DNA of 64,000 bases from Lingula anatina (lineage: Eukaryota > Animalia > Brachiopoda): positions 4,898,001 through 4,962,000 of the forward strand of contig CM120645.1 in the NCBI GenBank assembly GCA_051362555.1, in the 5' to 3' direction. Below the pieces are notes generated by a model. The model was given only the letters and a program-made list of their open reading frames with translations, did not search any database and was not told the origin of the DNA. Of this stretch, positions 51,868-64,000 are shown piece after piece. The number at the start of each line of letters is the position of its first letter. The first letter of the stretch is position 1. The position numbers and the translations under genes are program-made.

Positions 51868-52638
51868 CTAAATCCACTGAGTGGCATTTCTCTTCTGATA
51901 ATTCTCATTTCTGCTCTGTGGTCTTGAGCTCCCAAAGGTATCACCGGTCACTACACCACCACCACCACCACCCCCAGTGGCCAGTTTTGACCCTGCTGAC
52001 CCCACAGGACGACTAGTTCCATCCGGCTTCATCCTCCCTGCCACACCCTGTCCTAAATGTTGACCAGCGATGGCCGTTGCCTCAGGCCGCACCCTGGGGA
52101 CCCGACCAGATGCCCCGCCCATCTGTCCATACCTGTTGAAGAGATTGGCCACAGCTGTCCCCTTGTGTCCACATAGTTCAGCGTTACTCTCCCCCTCGGA
52201 GGTCAGCCTGGCTGCAGGGGCAGGTTCCGGAGGGAGGTTCCCGTAAGAGCCCATTAAGAGATTAACACTCCCTCCCTTGTGACTTTGAGCAATTTCTGCA
52301 GCTTCCCCCTTCACAGCACGGGGGTGAATTGTCCTCTTTTGTGCAGGAGGTTTGTATTCACTTCCGCTGCCTATGAAATCCCCCATACTTCCTCTGCTTC
52401 TGTCCCTCATCTCCTGAGCTAGAGGCGAAGGGCAGGCTTTAGGAGCGGGGCGAGGTGACTCAAAATGTTTGTTCTCTTGCTGGTTAAACCATTTCCCTAT
52501 GGATCCATGATTTCTATCAGCATATTCCTGTGCCTCAGGTTTTACCCTGGAATTGGGGCGGGGTGAGGTGTACTCCCTGGCAGTCTCACTGTACTGTGGG
52601 TGTCCAGGAATGGTGCTCTTGGAAAACTTTGTTGTCAT
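51868..52638 (-). CDS. Uncharacterised 256-aa protein built from five ~35-40 aa repeats
   Basis: ATG preceded by an in-frame stop (TAA ACC ATG); GC-rich ORF; repeats such as SRVKPEAQEYADRNHGSIGKWF, PRAVKGEAAEIAQSHKGGSVNLLM and PRVRPEATAIAGQHLGQGV. Splice acceptor upstream at ~52755 (5'UTR). Confidence 0.82.
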   Translation of the reverse strand: MTTKFSKSTIPGHPQYSETAREYTSPRPNSRVKPEAQEYADRNHGSIGKWFNQQENKHFESPRPAPKACPSPLAQEMRDRSRGSMGDFIGSGSEYKPPAQKRTIHPRAVKGEAAEIAQSHKGGSVNLLMGSYGNLPPEPAPAARLTSEGESNAELCGHKGTAVANLFNRYGQMGGASGRVPRVRPEATAIAGQHLGQGVAGRMKPDGTSRPVGSAGSKLATGGGGGGGVVTGDTFGSSRPQSRNENYQKRNATQWI

Positions 52639-53354
52639 GGTTTAAATCCTGAGATGGGTGCACGTCAGCACTGACCAGGGACACTTCAATAGATATCAGG
52701 CCAAATGGTTATTTCTTCCGTCTCAGAATTTAGGCCCATCAGGAGTGAATTCCCCCTGAAATCAAATAAATATGAACAAAGTTGTCATGAACACTTTTAA
52801 TATTTGGAATAGCACCAAAGACATGCGAATAAAGTTCTCACAAATTACTAAGACAACAGGAATGTGATTTCAGTCAACCTGTAAATGTTTTGGTAGGATA
52901 TTGTTACATATGCAACCACAGCCCTTATTTGTGCACATAACACAAACCTAATCAGCAAAATATCGTATCACCTGCAGGTGATTAAAAATTAATACAAGAC
53001 TGTTAATTAAGAAAGCAGTCCAGTTTGCTCTGCTGATGCAAGTATTCTTATATGAAACCTTGGATTTAGTTTCCCCCAAGATGTGGTGGTATTTATCGAG
53101 ATTGATCGACCTACAAAACAGACATCGGATTGCACAGGGTATTCAACCATGAAAAACGAGATTATCGAGATAAGAATCTTCAACAAAAATGTGAATTGCC
53201 AAACTTGTGGCTGATTTTGGGTTCATTTAACATTTGTAACCCCATCACTCCTTTACAGTTAAGTCTTTCAATACAAATGGCCATTAATTGAGCAGTGTAT
53301 AGCGTGTACTTACAGAATCAACACAGTAATTTCGAAAATCTGCCAGGCTTGAAT

Positions 53355-53395
53355 TGAACCACCGGAAGTTTACATTTGTTACCAGATGGCGCTTT
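53355..53395. promoter_or_regulatory. Putative proximal promoter motifs (ETS CCGGAAGT, YY1-like AGATGGCG) upstream of the 256-aa gene
   Basis: The motifs lie just upstream of a candidate non-coding-exon donor (GTAAGT on - at ~53312); function inferred. Confidence 0.3.
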
Positions 53396-54577
53396 CAAGA
53401 CAGACCTCTACCTGTACGCAATGAGCTAGCTGTTCCGAAACTTTTCTATTTTGTACACATCTATCGCAATAACGTTACGTTTTTCAGCTGTTAGAACAGA
53501 ACTGTCAAGAAATAAACTTGAGATTGATATTCAAATTTAATGTCTTTTAAGATGTTCTTTATGAAAGGCATCATGTTGTCTTACAGGTGTGCAGGTGAAT
53601 GAAATAGGCCTAAATAAACAAAGCTTTAAAAAATGATGAGAAGGTAAGATTTTAATAACTGAAAAAAAAAAAAAAAATCCAAAAGGGTTTATATGCAAAG
53701 CATTACAAAATAATTCCATGTCTCCAATGGCAGTTTGGAGTTGATTTTACCCGAACTGGAGATTGACTAGCCCTATTTTTGTACCATTCACCTTATCTCT
53801 GATATTTACATAAAAGAATCAGATCTTATGCACACCGCCTTTAAATAATAAACTTTAAATTTGCGTGGCGTCAGGTGAAAATAATAATGCTACGTCTCAA
53901 ATTTTGGGGTTTTTAAATGCTGGCAGTTGAAGTCAATCATGATTCCCCCGGAAAGGGAAAAAGAACAAGGCTGATATACTAATATACAGTTCTATCAATC
54001 CTGTTGCCAAAAAGTAACTACATAGGGAGATATACAGGTAAAGAAAATCATCAGCTTCCTAACGATAGCAATACTTCCAAAAGTGTAAAAAAATGTAGAA
54101 AAACTATATTTCACAACCGACAGAATGCCTTCCTTTTACAATTTTGCCGGATAGTTCGAGTAGTTGGGGTGGACGATCCTCCTTTCAAATGTACAGCGGT
54201 TACAAATGTTCCATTCCTGCAGCTATACATACCTGTACTACCCAAACATAGACAAAACGTTTACTTGGGGTAAAATAATCTAACTTTTTGAAATCGTGAG
54301 CTGACCAAAAACTAAAATAAGTATGTAATTGTATTGTTCGGTTTTTTTTTCTCTTGGGATACAGCGGGAAAGAAAAACCAACATTTTGAAATTGTTCAAA
54401 AGGATGTATATCCTGTCTTTATTTAACAATTCGCTCCTCATTTTTGTATCACAGTAGGCACAGTACAATTGAACACATATTTAAAAATATATAATCGTAA
54501 TATGACTAAATGAGCACCAAAAATGCTAACGAAAACTGTTTTTTAAATAATGAATGTGTGTGTGCGTGTATGAGTGT

Positions 54578-54578
<1 letters not shown>

Positions 54579-54616
<38 letters not shown>
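54579..54616. repeat. (GA)n microsatellite
   Basis: Directly visible. Confidence 0.95.
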
Positions 54617-54621
<5 letters not shown>

Positions 54622-55096
54622 TGGATCGGAGTTGAATCGACTTTTTGTCCCCTCACCTTCTAAGAATATCAAAATTTAACAAAATCTATATTTTCGCATT
54701 GAATTTTTCTTCAATGTATAAATCAAAATCCTCTTTCCCCAAGGCTAACTTATGTGATTGCACATGTTTCGCTAATTTTCTTGTCCATCGTATAGTTATT
54801 TTACGCCAAGGTTTACTGCGGAAAGTGTTGTGGAGATATAGAAATTCTAAGTCTAAAATTTGTATAATGATATACATACCCATATCTAAAATTTGTATAT
54901 AAATATCTTTAATGATAATATATTTATGTATTATGTATATATAATGATAAGATAAACTTATCGACTGGTACAATGTATTAATAAAATCGGAAAGTCAGTT
55001 TTGCAATGATTAACAACGGGGAGGAGATTCCTTTTTTCTTCTGTTTAGCCAATGCACTATATGCAGCATATATATATTCGTGTAAAGCTCAATGGT

Positions 55097-58000
55097 TTAG
55101 CCAAACCATACAGAAGCAATATTCCATGGCAGCCAGCATTTCCATTTATACGGAAACGTAAATCGCCATGTAAACGGATAGCGAACCTTGATGTAATCCA
55201 TATATTTCGCCGGAACTGCGGCAGATAAACCTGAAAGACATAAATAACAATATATTTTACTGAATCATCTAAATGAGATAAAGTTAGCTGGAAAATAAGG
55301 GTGCCACAATGTGTCGATTCGACACGAATTTTCATTTAGCTATAGCCCAGAGTAAAAGTAGGCCTAATATACATAAAAATATTGATCCCATTACCCATTT
55401 CCAAAACATTATTAACCCACTTCTATTGGCGCATCTGGGATTTTGCAAGTTGGGGGAGGGCGGGGGTTAAAAATTACCAGAAAAAGTAAATGGAGGTGAA
55501 TAACAAAGAGAATATTATTTATTACAATGGATAAAGCATGGGTGGAAATTTTCCTGGTTTGCACTCGGGTTGCTCGTTATAATCTTTGACGGCGGGAGAG
55601 AAGGGACCTGTGGATGCACAAGCAGCTTTGGGGGTCCAGGTGCCCCCCCCCCCCAACCCCCGTTATGGAGCCGCTATTGACCATTCTTTCCTTAAAGAGA
55701 AAAGGCACTAGTCTCCACACAAGTGGGTTGTGCGTGTGCTTATCGCAGCTCAGTTTGTCTGGACTAGGTGGCAGACAGCGAATGCTCCGTTCATGTACTG
55801 TCTCAGGGCAGTAGAGAACAGCGAGTGTTTTCAGAGGTAATTTCACCATTTTAAATGACAAAAAAAATGATTTGAACAGATATGTGACCATAAATGCCTG
55901 AAGAATCTTTCCTGGTATCACTGAATGGGTCGCCCGTGTCATGAAATTTTGGCAAATTAAAGCTCCCTCTTTTCCAAAGAGTTGCATGCTGTTTCTCACC
56001 ACCTGGGCTTATTTTGCCCGCCAGTCGGGCAAATTGCGCGTAGCTCTTCATGATGTCACGTGTCACCCACTTATACTATTGCAATTGAACCATTCAATTA
56101 TTCTAGTGATCCCGTCAATCGATGGCTAGATATACCTTTTTAATGAATATTGATCTACATCCGAATCCTCAATCTGGAAGGACCTACCTGAGAATTTAAG
56201 CCGCGCCAACGGCAAAATGTCTGAAACATTATGCTCAAAGGTTGCAGTCAGATATTTGAGCTTTCCAATGTTCGTTTGCTCGATACTTTCTGGGTACCAC
56301 TCCGACAGGACCTCCCGTTTAGCCCCACCTGCACTGGTGATGGTTTTGAGTTTGTACCTTACCATGTCAACCTGAAAGAAGGAGCTTGATTAAATCTAGA
56401 ATCAATTTTTTCTCTGACAAAAAAAAAAAAAAAAAAAAAAAAGAAAAAAGTAAGGCCAATTTTATTTGAGTCAACTGCCGTAAAATCTGTTCAGTTAAGC
56501 TGATTGGCAAAATTAAATTAAATTAACATTTTTCTTTTCATTTCTCACAATTTAGTCACTTGCTGGGGGTGCGGTTAGGGTTCGGAAATCAGGGTTTAGA
56601 TATCAGTAATAAGCGGGAGCTAGCTATTTTCTACCAAAAGGAAGCTGGGTGTTGACCTCATTTATTAAATTATTTTTCGCTAGACACAGTAAAAATGTAC
56701 ACAGAATTAGCCATAGAAATAATATATGAGAATAGATATATTAGTAGTGAAAATATATCTGCGTGGACTTGACACAGGGAAGACTCTAGCCGAGTCCCAA
56801 ATATTTTTTTCATGGCCCACACACCATTCTGTACCCCCCCCCCCCCCCCAGTAAATGACTGCATAACGAATTAATTACGTCTTTGAGGTTTTATCTTTAA
56901 AAAAAATTGGAATTTTTCGTCGAGCCTCGTTTCAATTACTGAGAGTAGGCCTATATGACGCGATATTAGACAGAAAGTCGACAAGGTCCTATGGTAACTA
57001 TGTCAAGAAACGCGTGATGTTGTGTCACATCCTGGTTGGCTACAGATATGAGAGGGTGATTTACCTAGATTATAACCTAGTGTGGAGATAAACAAAAAAG
57101 TGAAAAAATAACAAGTTACAGGCGACCGCAATATTCGTCCCTGGAGATAGCTAAGACTATAGGAAAAGTAGACTTGGTAGAGGGTAGACAGTATCCGCGT
57201 CCCAATTTTTTTCCTAAAACACACACCATTTTAGTCCCCCCCCCCCCCCCCCCCGCAGCATATGGAATTAATCTAGTCTCTGAGGTTTTATCTTTAAAAA
57301 AATTAGGAATTTTTCGTCTAGCCTCGTTTCAATTACTGTGAGTATATGACGCGATGTCAAGAAACGCGTGATGTTGTGTCACGTCCTGTCAGAGATGGCA
57401 ACAGATACAAGGGGTGAACTATAATACATAGATTGACCTTGGGTGGAAATACTATGTTTTGCAGAAAAGTGACATTAACGTACTACTAAGTAGTACATTG
57501 GCCTTAAAAAAACTGTATATGAAACAAAAAGGGGGAAAAGTAACATTTAAGTAACATGCACTGTTTACAGGCGACAGAACTATTCGTCCCTGGAGAAAGC
57601 TATAGAACTATACATTTGGTGCCCTTTTGTGACACCATAGTTAAGTGAGAAAAAGAATCATTGTGGTTCAGTCTACAAGCGACCCGAAACGCTTTTCTTA
57701 AAGTAGCATAATAATTTAAAGCTGCAGTAAACAACCACCGACCTCCATTATACGCTAGATTTCTCTCCTTTGTTACTGTTGTATTCAAAGAGGGTTGTTG
57801 AAATATTTATCCACTGATATGGAGAAATGCCTGTATTTGCATGCATTTAGAATCAGTGAGTGTTTTGGGCTAATAAACATCCGAACATGAAACAATATAA
57901 ATGTCTGAGGATACCTATTACTCGCTGATTCGGAATTTTTCTAATTGGGGGTGGGGGTGGGGCGGCAAATATAAAATAGTTGACTAGGACTATGGCGTTT

Positions 58001-59011
58001 ATGGATGCTTAATTTGTCGTCTTGAGCTCATAAAACTGTTTGTTTCTTATCCATGGGTGCAGGAGGGGGGGGGAGGGGGAGGGGTAATACTGGTGCCTCC
58101 GAAGCTACATGTACGAATAGAACCGGTACCCACTGTACCCCTTTCCCGTCACTGGACTGTCATTACTTAAAGGGATAATAACTCTTCGTATGAGATCTAT
58201 ATTTCACAATAAAAACATTGTGAACAACTCATGGAAATATAATATATTCTGTTCTACAAGAAAAACGGCAGTTATAGCTATTATTCTGATATCTGAGCTT
58301 GTCTTTAGACCACGTGACCCCCATTGATGGCTATACTCTGTTATAATCTCTTAAGAGATTATAACAAAAAAACAAACTTTTTAGAAAAAAAAACCAGGGA
58401 CTAACTTTGAATGTAAAAATGGATTCATTAACCATTGGTAAGTTCGGAAAAATTGTTGTTTACTCCAGGAAAATTAATTTTTTGGCCAAAACGAAGAGTT
58501 AATATATTATCCCTTTAACTTCCCTTAACTTGATATGATCATAACTGCCACCAACCTTACAATTCTCGTATGTCACCGACAACATATTGCCTGACATACG
58601 CCGTGCTTTCAAGAGTCTTGCAAAGCTATACGCTGCTGTCTTCTCTTTTTTCCTGTCAGTATGCACGAGGCGCGCTATGTCGATGTCTCCATCGAACGGT
58701 AAAATGTCACCTCTTCTCACGGCACCGATTAGCGTCCCGTGGTCCAGCCAGTACGTCTCATTCAGGCCCTCCAGAACTTGGATCACACTAGTCACAATGT
58801 GCCGCATGCACGCCATTTGCGTTTGATTAAGAAAGCACGGGTCGCCGTAGTACCCGCTAGTTTTGGGTAGTACGAGGAAGTGTGCTGCTAATACGAGTGC
58901 TATACCGAGGCACAAGCACGACCTTCGACAGCACTGCGCCAGTCTGTTTTTGCGGCATGCCACACAGTGTACGGTTCCATTGACGGTGTCAGAGATCCAG
59001 CTACACGGCAT
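55097..59011 (-). CDS. LicD-family (FKRP/fukutin-related) phosphotransferase, type II membrane, 257 aa; exons 59011-58556, 56371-56188, 55230-55097
   Basis: N-terminal TM (LCLGIALVLAAHFLVL); catalytic motif YWLDHGTLIGAVRRGDILPFDGDIDIA; third Asp in CK|VDMVRY; ILPLARLKFSG|LSAAVPAKYMDYIKVRYP...PYKWKCW. Splices are phase-consistent (0, 1) and give 774 nt. Confidence 0.85.
56800..57610. repeat. Two-unit ~400-450 bp tandem duplication in LicD intron 1
   Basis: CACACCATT..poly(C)..TGAGGTTTTATCTTTAAAAAAA..GCCTCGTTTCAATTACT..TGTCAAGAAACGCGTGATGTTGTGTCAC..ACAGGCGAC..TATTCGTCCCTGGAGA occurs twice (from ~56820 and ~57222). Confidence 0.8.
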
Positions 59012-60440
59012 AATTTCTGCCGCTTGCCACTTTCGGCTATACTATATATAAAAGTGTCATTTACATATGAATATGTATAACAACTGTCCTGTATGACGAG
59101 CATACGCACGACTGAGCGCATTTATATTTCCCAGTGGATATTTACGTCATCTAGACACCTGTAGTAGCAGCCTGTGGGACACCAATCATTACTGAGTCAG
59201 CGCTCACCGTATTGCCATGTTGTTCTCTATTCCACGATTCGAAGCGTGACTTCATAACGTCCTTACAATCCTGTTCACTTGAATCCTCGTCATGGAGATA
59301 TATGGACACCGTGCATAACTTACGTAGAAAACTAGTTAAGTAATTTATAACTCATCCATCTTGTGTCCTGTAGCAAGGGGCGCTGTCAAAAGACACACAC
59401 GAACGTTCCTCAGGGGACCATCCCATAAATCGTGTTATGTCGATAAAGCAAAATATGGATAGCGCATCGGCCTACTATTATGGGCGGCCAAAAGGGCAAA
59501 AATTCACGTCGTCGATTCAGTTATGTTTCGTCGATTCACTGCCTTCCCATCGATTCAGTTTCACGTTTAAACGATCCTGTCATAAATTCAACATCTACTT
59601 TCGTCAATTCAATTGTCAAACATTTCTCATCTACGGTGTATTAAAACCAATGCTCTCACGATTTTCGTCGATCATCTAACTCACAGATATGCCTCTGGAT
59701 AACTCCAAGCACTTTTTCTCCACTGACCAGCAAGAAATATGGTATGGAACTGCTATCACAAAGCTGGCCTCGAGTATAGAGTAGTCCAAAGTTGCCAAAT
59801 AAATAAATAAATAAATATTAAAAAAAACACGAGACTGTACGTAAATTTTAATTCGATGGGACATTTGATTATTGAGCATATGGTACATAATGCATAGTCA
59901 TCTTACGCATATTTGCTTTCACTGCATTGCAGAAAATAAGAAAATAACAGCATATGAAATAGTATAATAAAAACGTTAACACAACGTCAACGTCAACATG
60001 ACAATATAAAATGCATCAAAAAGATATTAACTTAAGAGATATCCAAAACCCTCATAACTGAGACTAAGTTGATCATTTATCTTTGGCACAGTTGTGCCTT
60101 ACACTTGACCCAAGGCGGAAATAGGTCTACTTTTTCTAGAGATAAATGACTTTACGCATCCACTGCGACAGCTATTTTTTTCGTACTAGTAGAACTAACA
60201 CCGTTAATATACATAACACTGAGTATTGATACTACACATAGTACACATAATGTATACGCTGTATATTGCTACAAATAATATAATATACAAAATTGCAAAA
60301 AGATTACATAAAAACAATACAATAAGAAACCCTATGTAAAAGTATACACTGACTAAAAATCATTAGAAAAATACTAAAAAAAATTACTACAATATGAATT
60401 TCATTCGTTATCACAGCATCATGACAGTTGGACTTGAAAC

Positions 60441-63210
60441 TTAACGTTTCTGATTCAGAAAGTTATCGCTCTTGGTCAGGACACCCCTGTTGCGAGCCAC
60501 TGACCGAGGAGGTGGAGCTGGCGGGGGGCGTGGCGCTTTCAGTGACTGGATCGGCGGTAGACGCGCAGGAAGACTCTTTGAGGTATTATGCGAACCCAAA
60601 GTACCCAATCTCCAATCTCTATCCGGTTGCCGAAACGCAACGTGCGTGTTAAGAGAAATCTGTGATTTTAAAGCCGTCCCTGTACTTGGTACCTGTATTT
60701 GACGCCGAATATGATTAGTCTGACGTTCGAAAGTTGTGCACTGTTTTCCCGTTACCGAAAGATTTAAAAGTGTCTCCCTTTCATCAATGTACCCATTTTG
60801 GTTCAGTCTCAGCTCGATCCCCCGTTTGTAGTCCTCTTGTTTTTTCTTTACTTTCTTTATTTCTTCCTTCTTTTCTTCTTCCCGTCTTTGCTTCACTAGC
60901 CATCTTCTGTAGTATCTCTGGTTTCTGTCATCCTAATAATAATAATAATAATAATAATAATATTCCTGTTTACTAGACCATCAATCGCATATAAGGTAAC
61001 TAAATTTATGTATTACCTAATTTGTTATGTGAATGACTGCCTGTACTAAATCAAAGATTTAAAAAAATCAAAATTTAGAAAAAAAATCACAGATATTGTT
61101 TTCAAACATAACACACGTACTAAACGAGAAACACGTCGCAAAACTAACGTCAGACCTTTAAATAAAGCACATATCTAATATTCTTAGTGAACTTCATTCG
61201 TAAAAGTAACTGTAAATTTAGCAATAAATAGCTAGAAAGGTTTATACTACCTACTGTAGGTGACATTGCAAAATCGGTGAAATATCCAGGATTTTTTCTG
61301 AGGTTCTAACGTGCATGGTGTGATTTTCACATCTAATATAAACCTTTATTTGGAATATGTTTTTTTTTTTTACCTTTTTAACCTGAAGATCTGGCAGTTT
61401 GTTGGAAGGTGGGGCGGAGTCCACAGTGTTGTCTGGAAGAGACACGAGAGTATTCTGGTGCGGTAGTGGAGACAGTTGACTTCCGGTCTGTGAAAGCCGT
61501 CTTCTCTGTAACAGAGGCGGGCTGGGCTGAGGGGACCGTAAGGGATGTTCTCCGGCCATGTTTTCGTTTTCGCCTTTACTCTTGACTAAATTTCCACTGC
61601 CCTTCTTCTCCATCTCAGTGATCCGATCTTCGTATTTTCTTCCCTTGCCTAAAATAGCCAATTTAAACTTTCAAAGAAGAACTATTAAAATATGGCACCT
61701 GCATTTAAACATGTCAAGCAGTCGAGCGCCTTAAAAATCTATCAAACAGGGTTTATAGTTTACCACAGAAAGCATTAACCTTTAGTTTCTCCAGTTTTAT
61801 TTGGAAGACTATCCGATTCGTTAAAAATAAGAATTATAAAAAAATGGCATCTTCATGTAATCATGCCAGGCAGTCGCTTACATGTCTTGAATATTCCATT
61901 ATAGGGTCACTCATCATGGCTACAGATGTATCTTAAATAAGGTAGGCCTATTAAATATATGGCACACGCAGTTTTCGTGGAATGATACTTACCGTCAGTT
62001 TCTCCAGTTTTGTTTGGAAGACTATCCGATTCCTGAATCTTTAATTCTACAGCATTAATTCTTTCCTCTCCAGCTGCCTTTTTGTGCTTTCTTTCCAGAA
62101 TGTTTTCTCCCGTTTCCTGTGGCATATTTGTCACTGGTTTATGATCGCTCATGTGTCCATCATTTGACGTGGTGTTATGGTTTTCATCATATAACCTAAC
62201 ATCAAGGTCACCGGAAACACGTGTTTCACCACCGCCATTATTGCACAGGTCATCGTCTGCCGAGCATTTTTTACTGCCCTTCCCACCATTGCACAATATT
62301 GTATTGTCCTCCATCTTATCAGTTGACTGGTCACCAACTGAAATATTACTGGGTATTTTGTTGTTTTGACTAGTTTGTTTCTTTGGTATATCTTTAGGTT
62401 TTGTATTGCTGTCCACTGCCTCACTATGTCTAACCTTTTGCAATTTTGTTAACGCCGTTTTATCCTGTTTTTCTTTGGCCAAACGCGTGTCCAATAGTTC
62501 CTTGCCCATATCACTGGTGTCCATGGCAACTTCTTCATCTGACCAATCGCAGTCGTATTCTTCTGCCCAATCATCTCCGTTGAAGTGCATCCATTTACGG
62601 CAGTAGGTCCGAAGTGACAAATTGGAGTTGTTACGACTTCCCTTGTTTTTTGACTTGTCTTTGAAGTAGTCTGCAATGTAATAAGAGGGTATTGTTAAGA
62701 GGCATTCTTTCAGTTCTGTTTGACTTCTGTAATTTGTAGAAAAAACATGAAAACATGAAGATACTAATGTTTATAGATTTGTTACTTACCATTTTCTCAG
62801 AAATAACGCACTGTTAAAAAATCATAACTTATATCAGGTTTAATTGTTTAAGAACAAATAAGCAGAAAAATATAAAGTTAGGAACAAATGATGCAAGAAT
62901 GTGTTTATTTCACATCAGTCATATAATCTCAACGTGTTTGGTTCAATTGGAAGATTTCAAATTTTACATGGAGGGAGGGGATAGTACAGAGACAGAACAA
63001 GCATTGAAACTTCGTTTGTGCGGCATGGGTAAGATGTAAGAAACTAAAAAGTCGACAGGAACATGTGTCCTCTCGTGTCCTGCCTTTTGACCTAGATTCT
63101 ATTTTGCCGAGCAGTCGGAAATAAACATAATTATCAGAAATCACTCAGTCTGTCGGAAATAGAGTTCAGTGCAACTTCTTACCTGTCTTTATACTTTTGC
63201 CTTTAGACAT
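60441..63210 (-). CDS. Uncharacterised low-complexity/coiled-coil protein, ~487 aa; exons 63210-63183 (exon extends to 63304), 62670-61993, 61648-61383, 60932-60441
   Basis: GT/AG junctions with phases 1, 1, 0 link the three listed ORFs without stops; the third donor (GTTAAA) is weak. The frame stays open up to the acceptor at 63304, so the true start may be further upstream. Confidence 0.65.
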
Positions 63211-63656
63211 GGTTTTCGCGCAAACAGTTTCTGGGTTATAGACTTCGTATCTCAACTGTAAGGGGTTGACCCCCTCCGTCTCGTTCTTTGTATTTGTGAT
63301 AATACTGAAAAAAGGAAAGAAAACGTACTTCACGTACACGCACTGTACATGTAGCTACAGATGGCAATATATTCCGATGGGCCAACTATAGAATTAGCTG
63401 AGAAATCGCATATTGGTTAACTGTACACGCAAATTTTCTGAATGAATGAATTATAAATGTATAATAACTAGCCAATATTCACAAACCCTTAAGGAACTCA
63501 ATATTGAAAAAAAAAAAACAAAAAACAAAACAAAAAAAAAAAAAAAAAAAAAAAACAAGGAATTAAGAAAAATTAATGGTTACGTATTATATTCATTTAT
63601 GATATATAACCATTATTTTTCAAAACTGTGAGAATACATAGGCAATTAAACATTAA

Positions 63657-64000
63657 CGGCCGATTTCATAAAGGAGGTTTAAAGTTAAACCTGGTCTAAA
63701 GTGAGTTTACACCAGGTTTAGGGATTGCCTGCATTTCATACAGAAGGTTTTAGTATTGGACCAGTGGTCTAGTAAAACCTGGCTTAACATCATTCTAAAC
63801 CTGGTCTAGACAGGTTTGTGTTTCATAATTGAGGTCTAAGTTTTTGATACCCGGATTATGGACTCAGACCAAGTCTAAAAATAAACCTAGTCAGACCCAG
63901 GTTTAACTCTGTAGCTTGGAAAAAAGATGGCTGACGTAGACTTGCGTGATATTCGAGCACTTAACAATTTGGACGCAAGAAGACGCCCCGAGCGTCGCTG
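63657..64000 (+). mobile_element. Probable left end of a PIF/Harbinger DNA transposon, with the start of a possible transposase ORF (63927->)
   Basis: TAA followed by CGGCCGATTTCATAAAG, repeated subterminal AAACCTGG/CCAGGTTT/TGGTCTA motifs and recurring TTTCATA, then ATG MADVDLRDIRALNNLDARRRPERR running off the window. Confidence 0.5.

Noticed and set aside
55577-56129. Several overlapping 60-140 aa ORFs in LicD intron 2
   Set aside because: No motifs; GC-richer repeat-like intronic sequence.
56126-56187. LicD ending at ...DQYSLKRYI*
   Set aside because: Intronic read-through; the donor after 56188 and exon 55230-55097 supply a better family-like C-terminus.
1-64000. CRISPR arrays, rRNA, intact tRNA genes, prokaryotic operons
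   Set aside because: None seen; the sequence is eukaryotic with spliceosomal introns.

Overview
AT-rich eukaryotic (invertebrate animal; lophotrochozoan origin is an inference) genomic window with spliceosomal genes. The main feature is a ~35 kb cluster (about 9.1-44.2 kb) of four intact three-coding-exon genes plus one truncated pseudogene. Each intact gene encodes a 966-979 aa class-B-type (Methuselah/adhesion-like) 7TM receptor with a signal peptide, basic pro-region, somatomedin-B-like Cys motif and large Cys-rich ectodomain, no recognisable GPS motif and almost no C-tail. Copy A is on +; copies B, C, D and pseudogene E are on -. By hand count (A vs B) the 7TM is ~95% identical while the exon-3 ectodomain is only ~70% identical, and ectodomain sharing between copies is mosaic. 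Flanking genes: 3' end of a FRMD4/CCDC120-like gene with two possible PDZ-type C-termini, two single-coding-exon uncharacterised genes (one repeat-built), a three-exon LicD/FKRP-type phosphotransferase and a four-exon low-complexity gene. Also present: a TTAA-flanked MITE whose empty site is visible in a paralog, a TA-flanked MITE, a hairpin insertion, SINE/Helentron-like fragments, a probable Harbinger left end, and microsatellites. Exon models were derived by hand from GT/AG sites and phase consistency; family calls rest on recalled motifs, not database searches.
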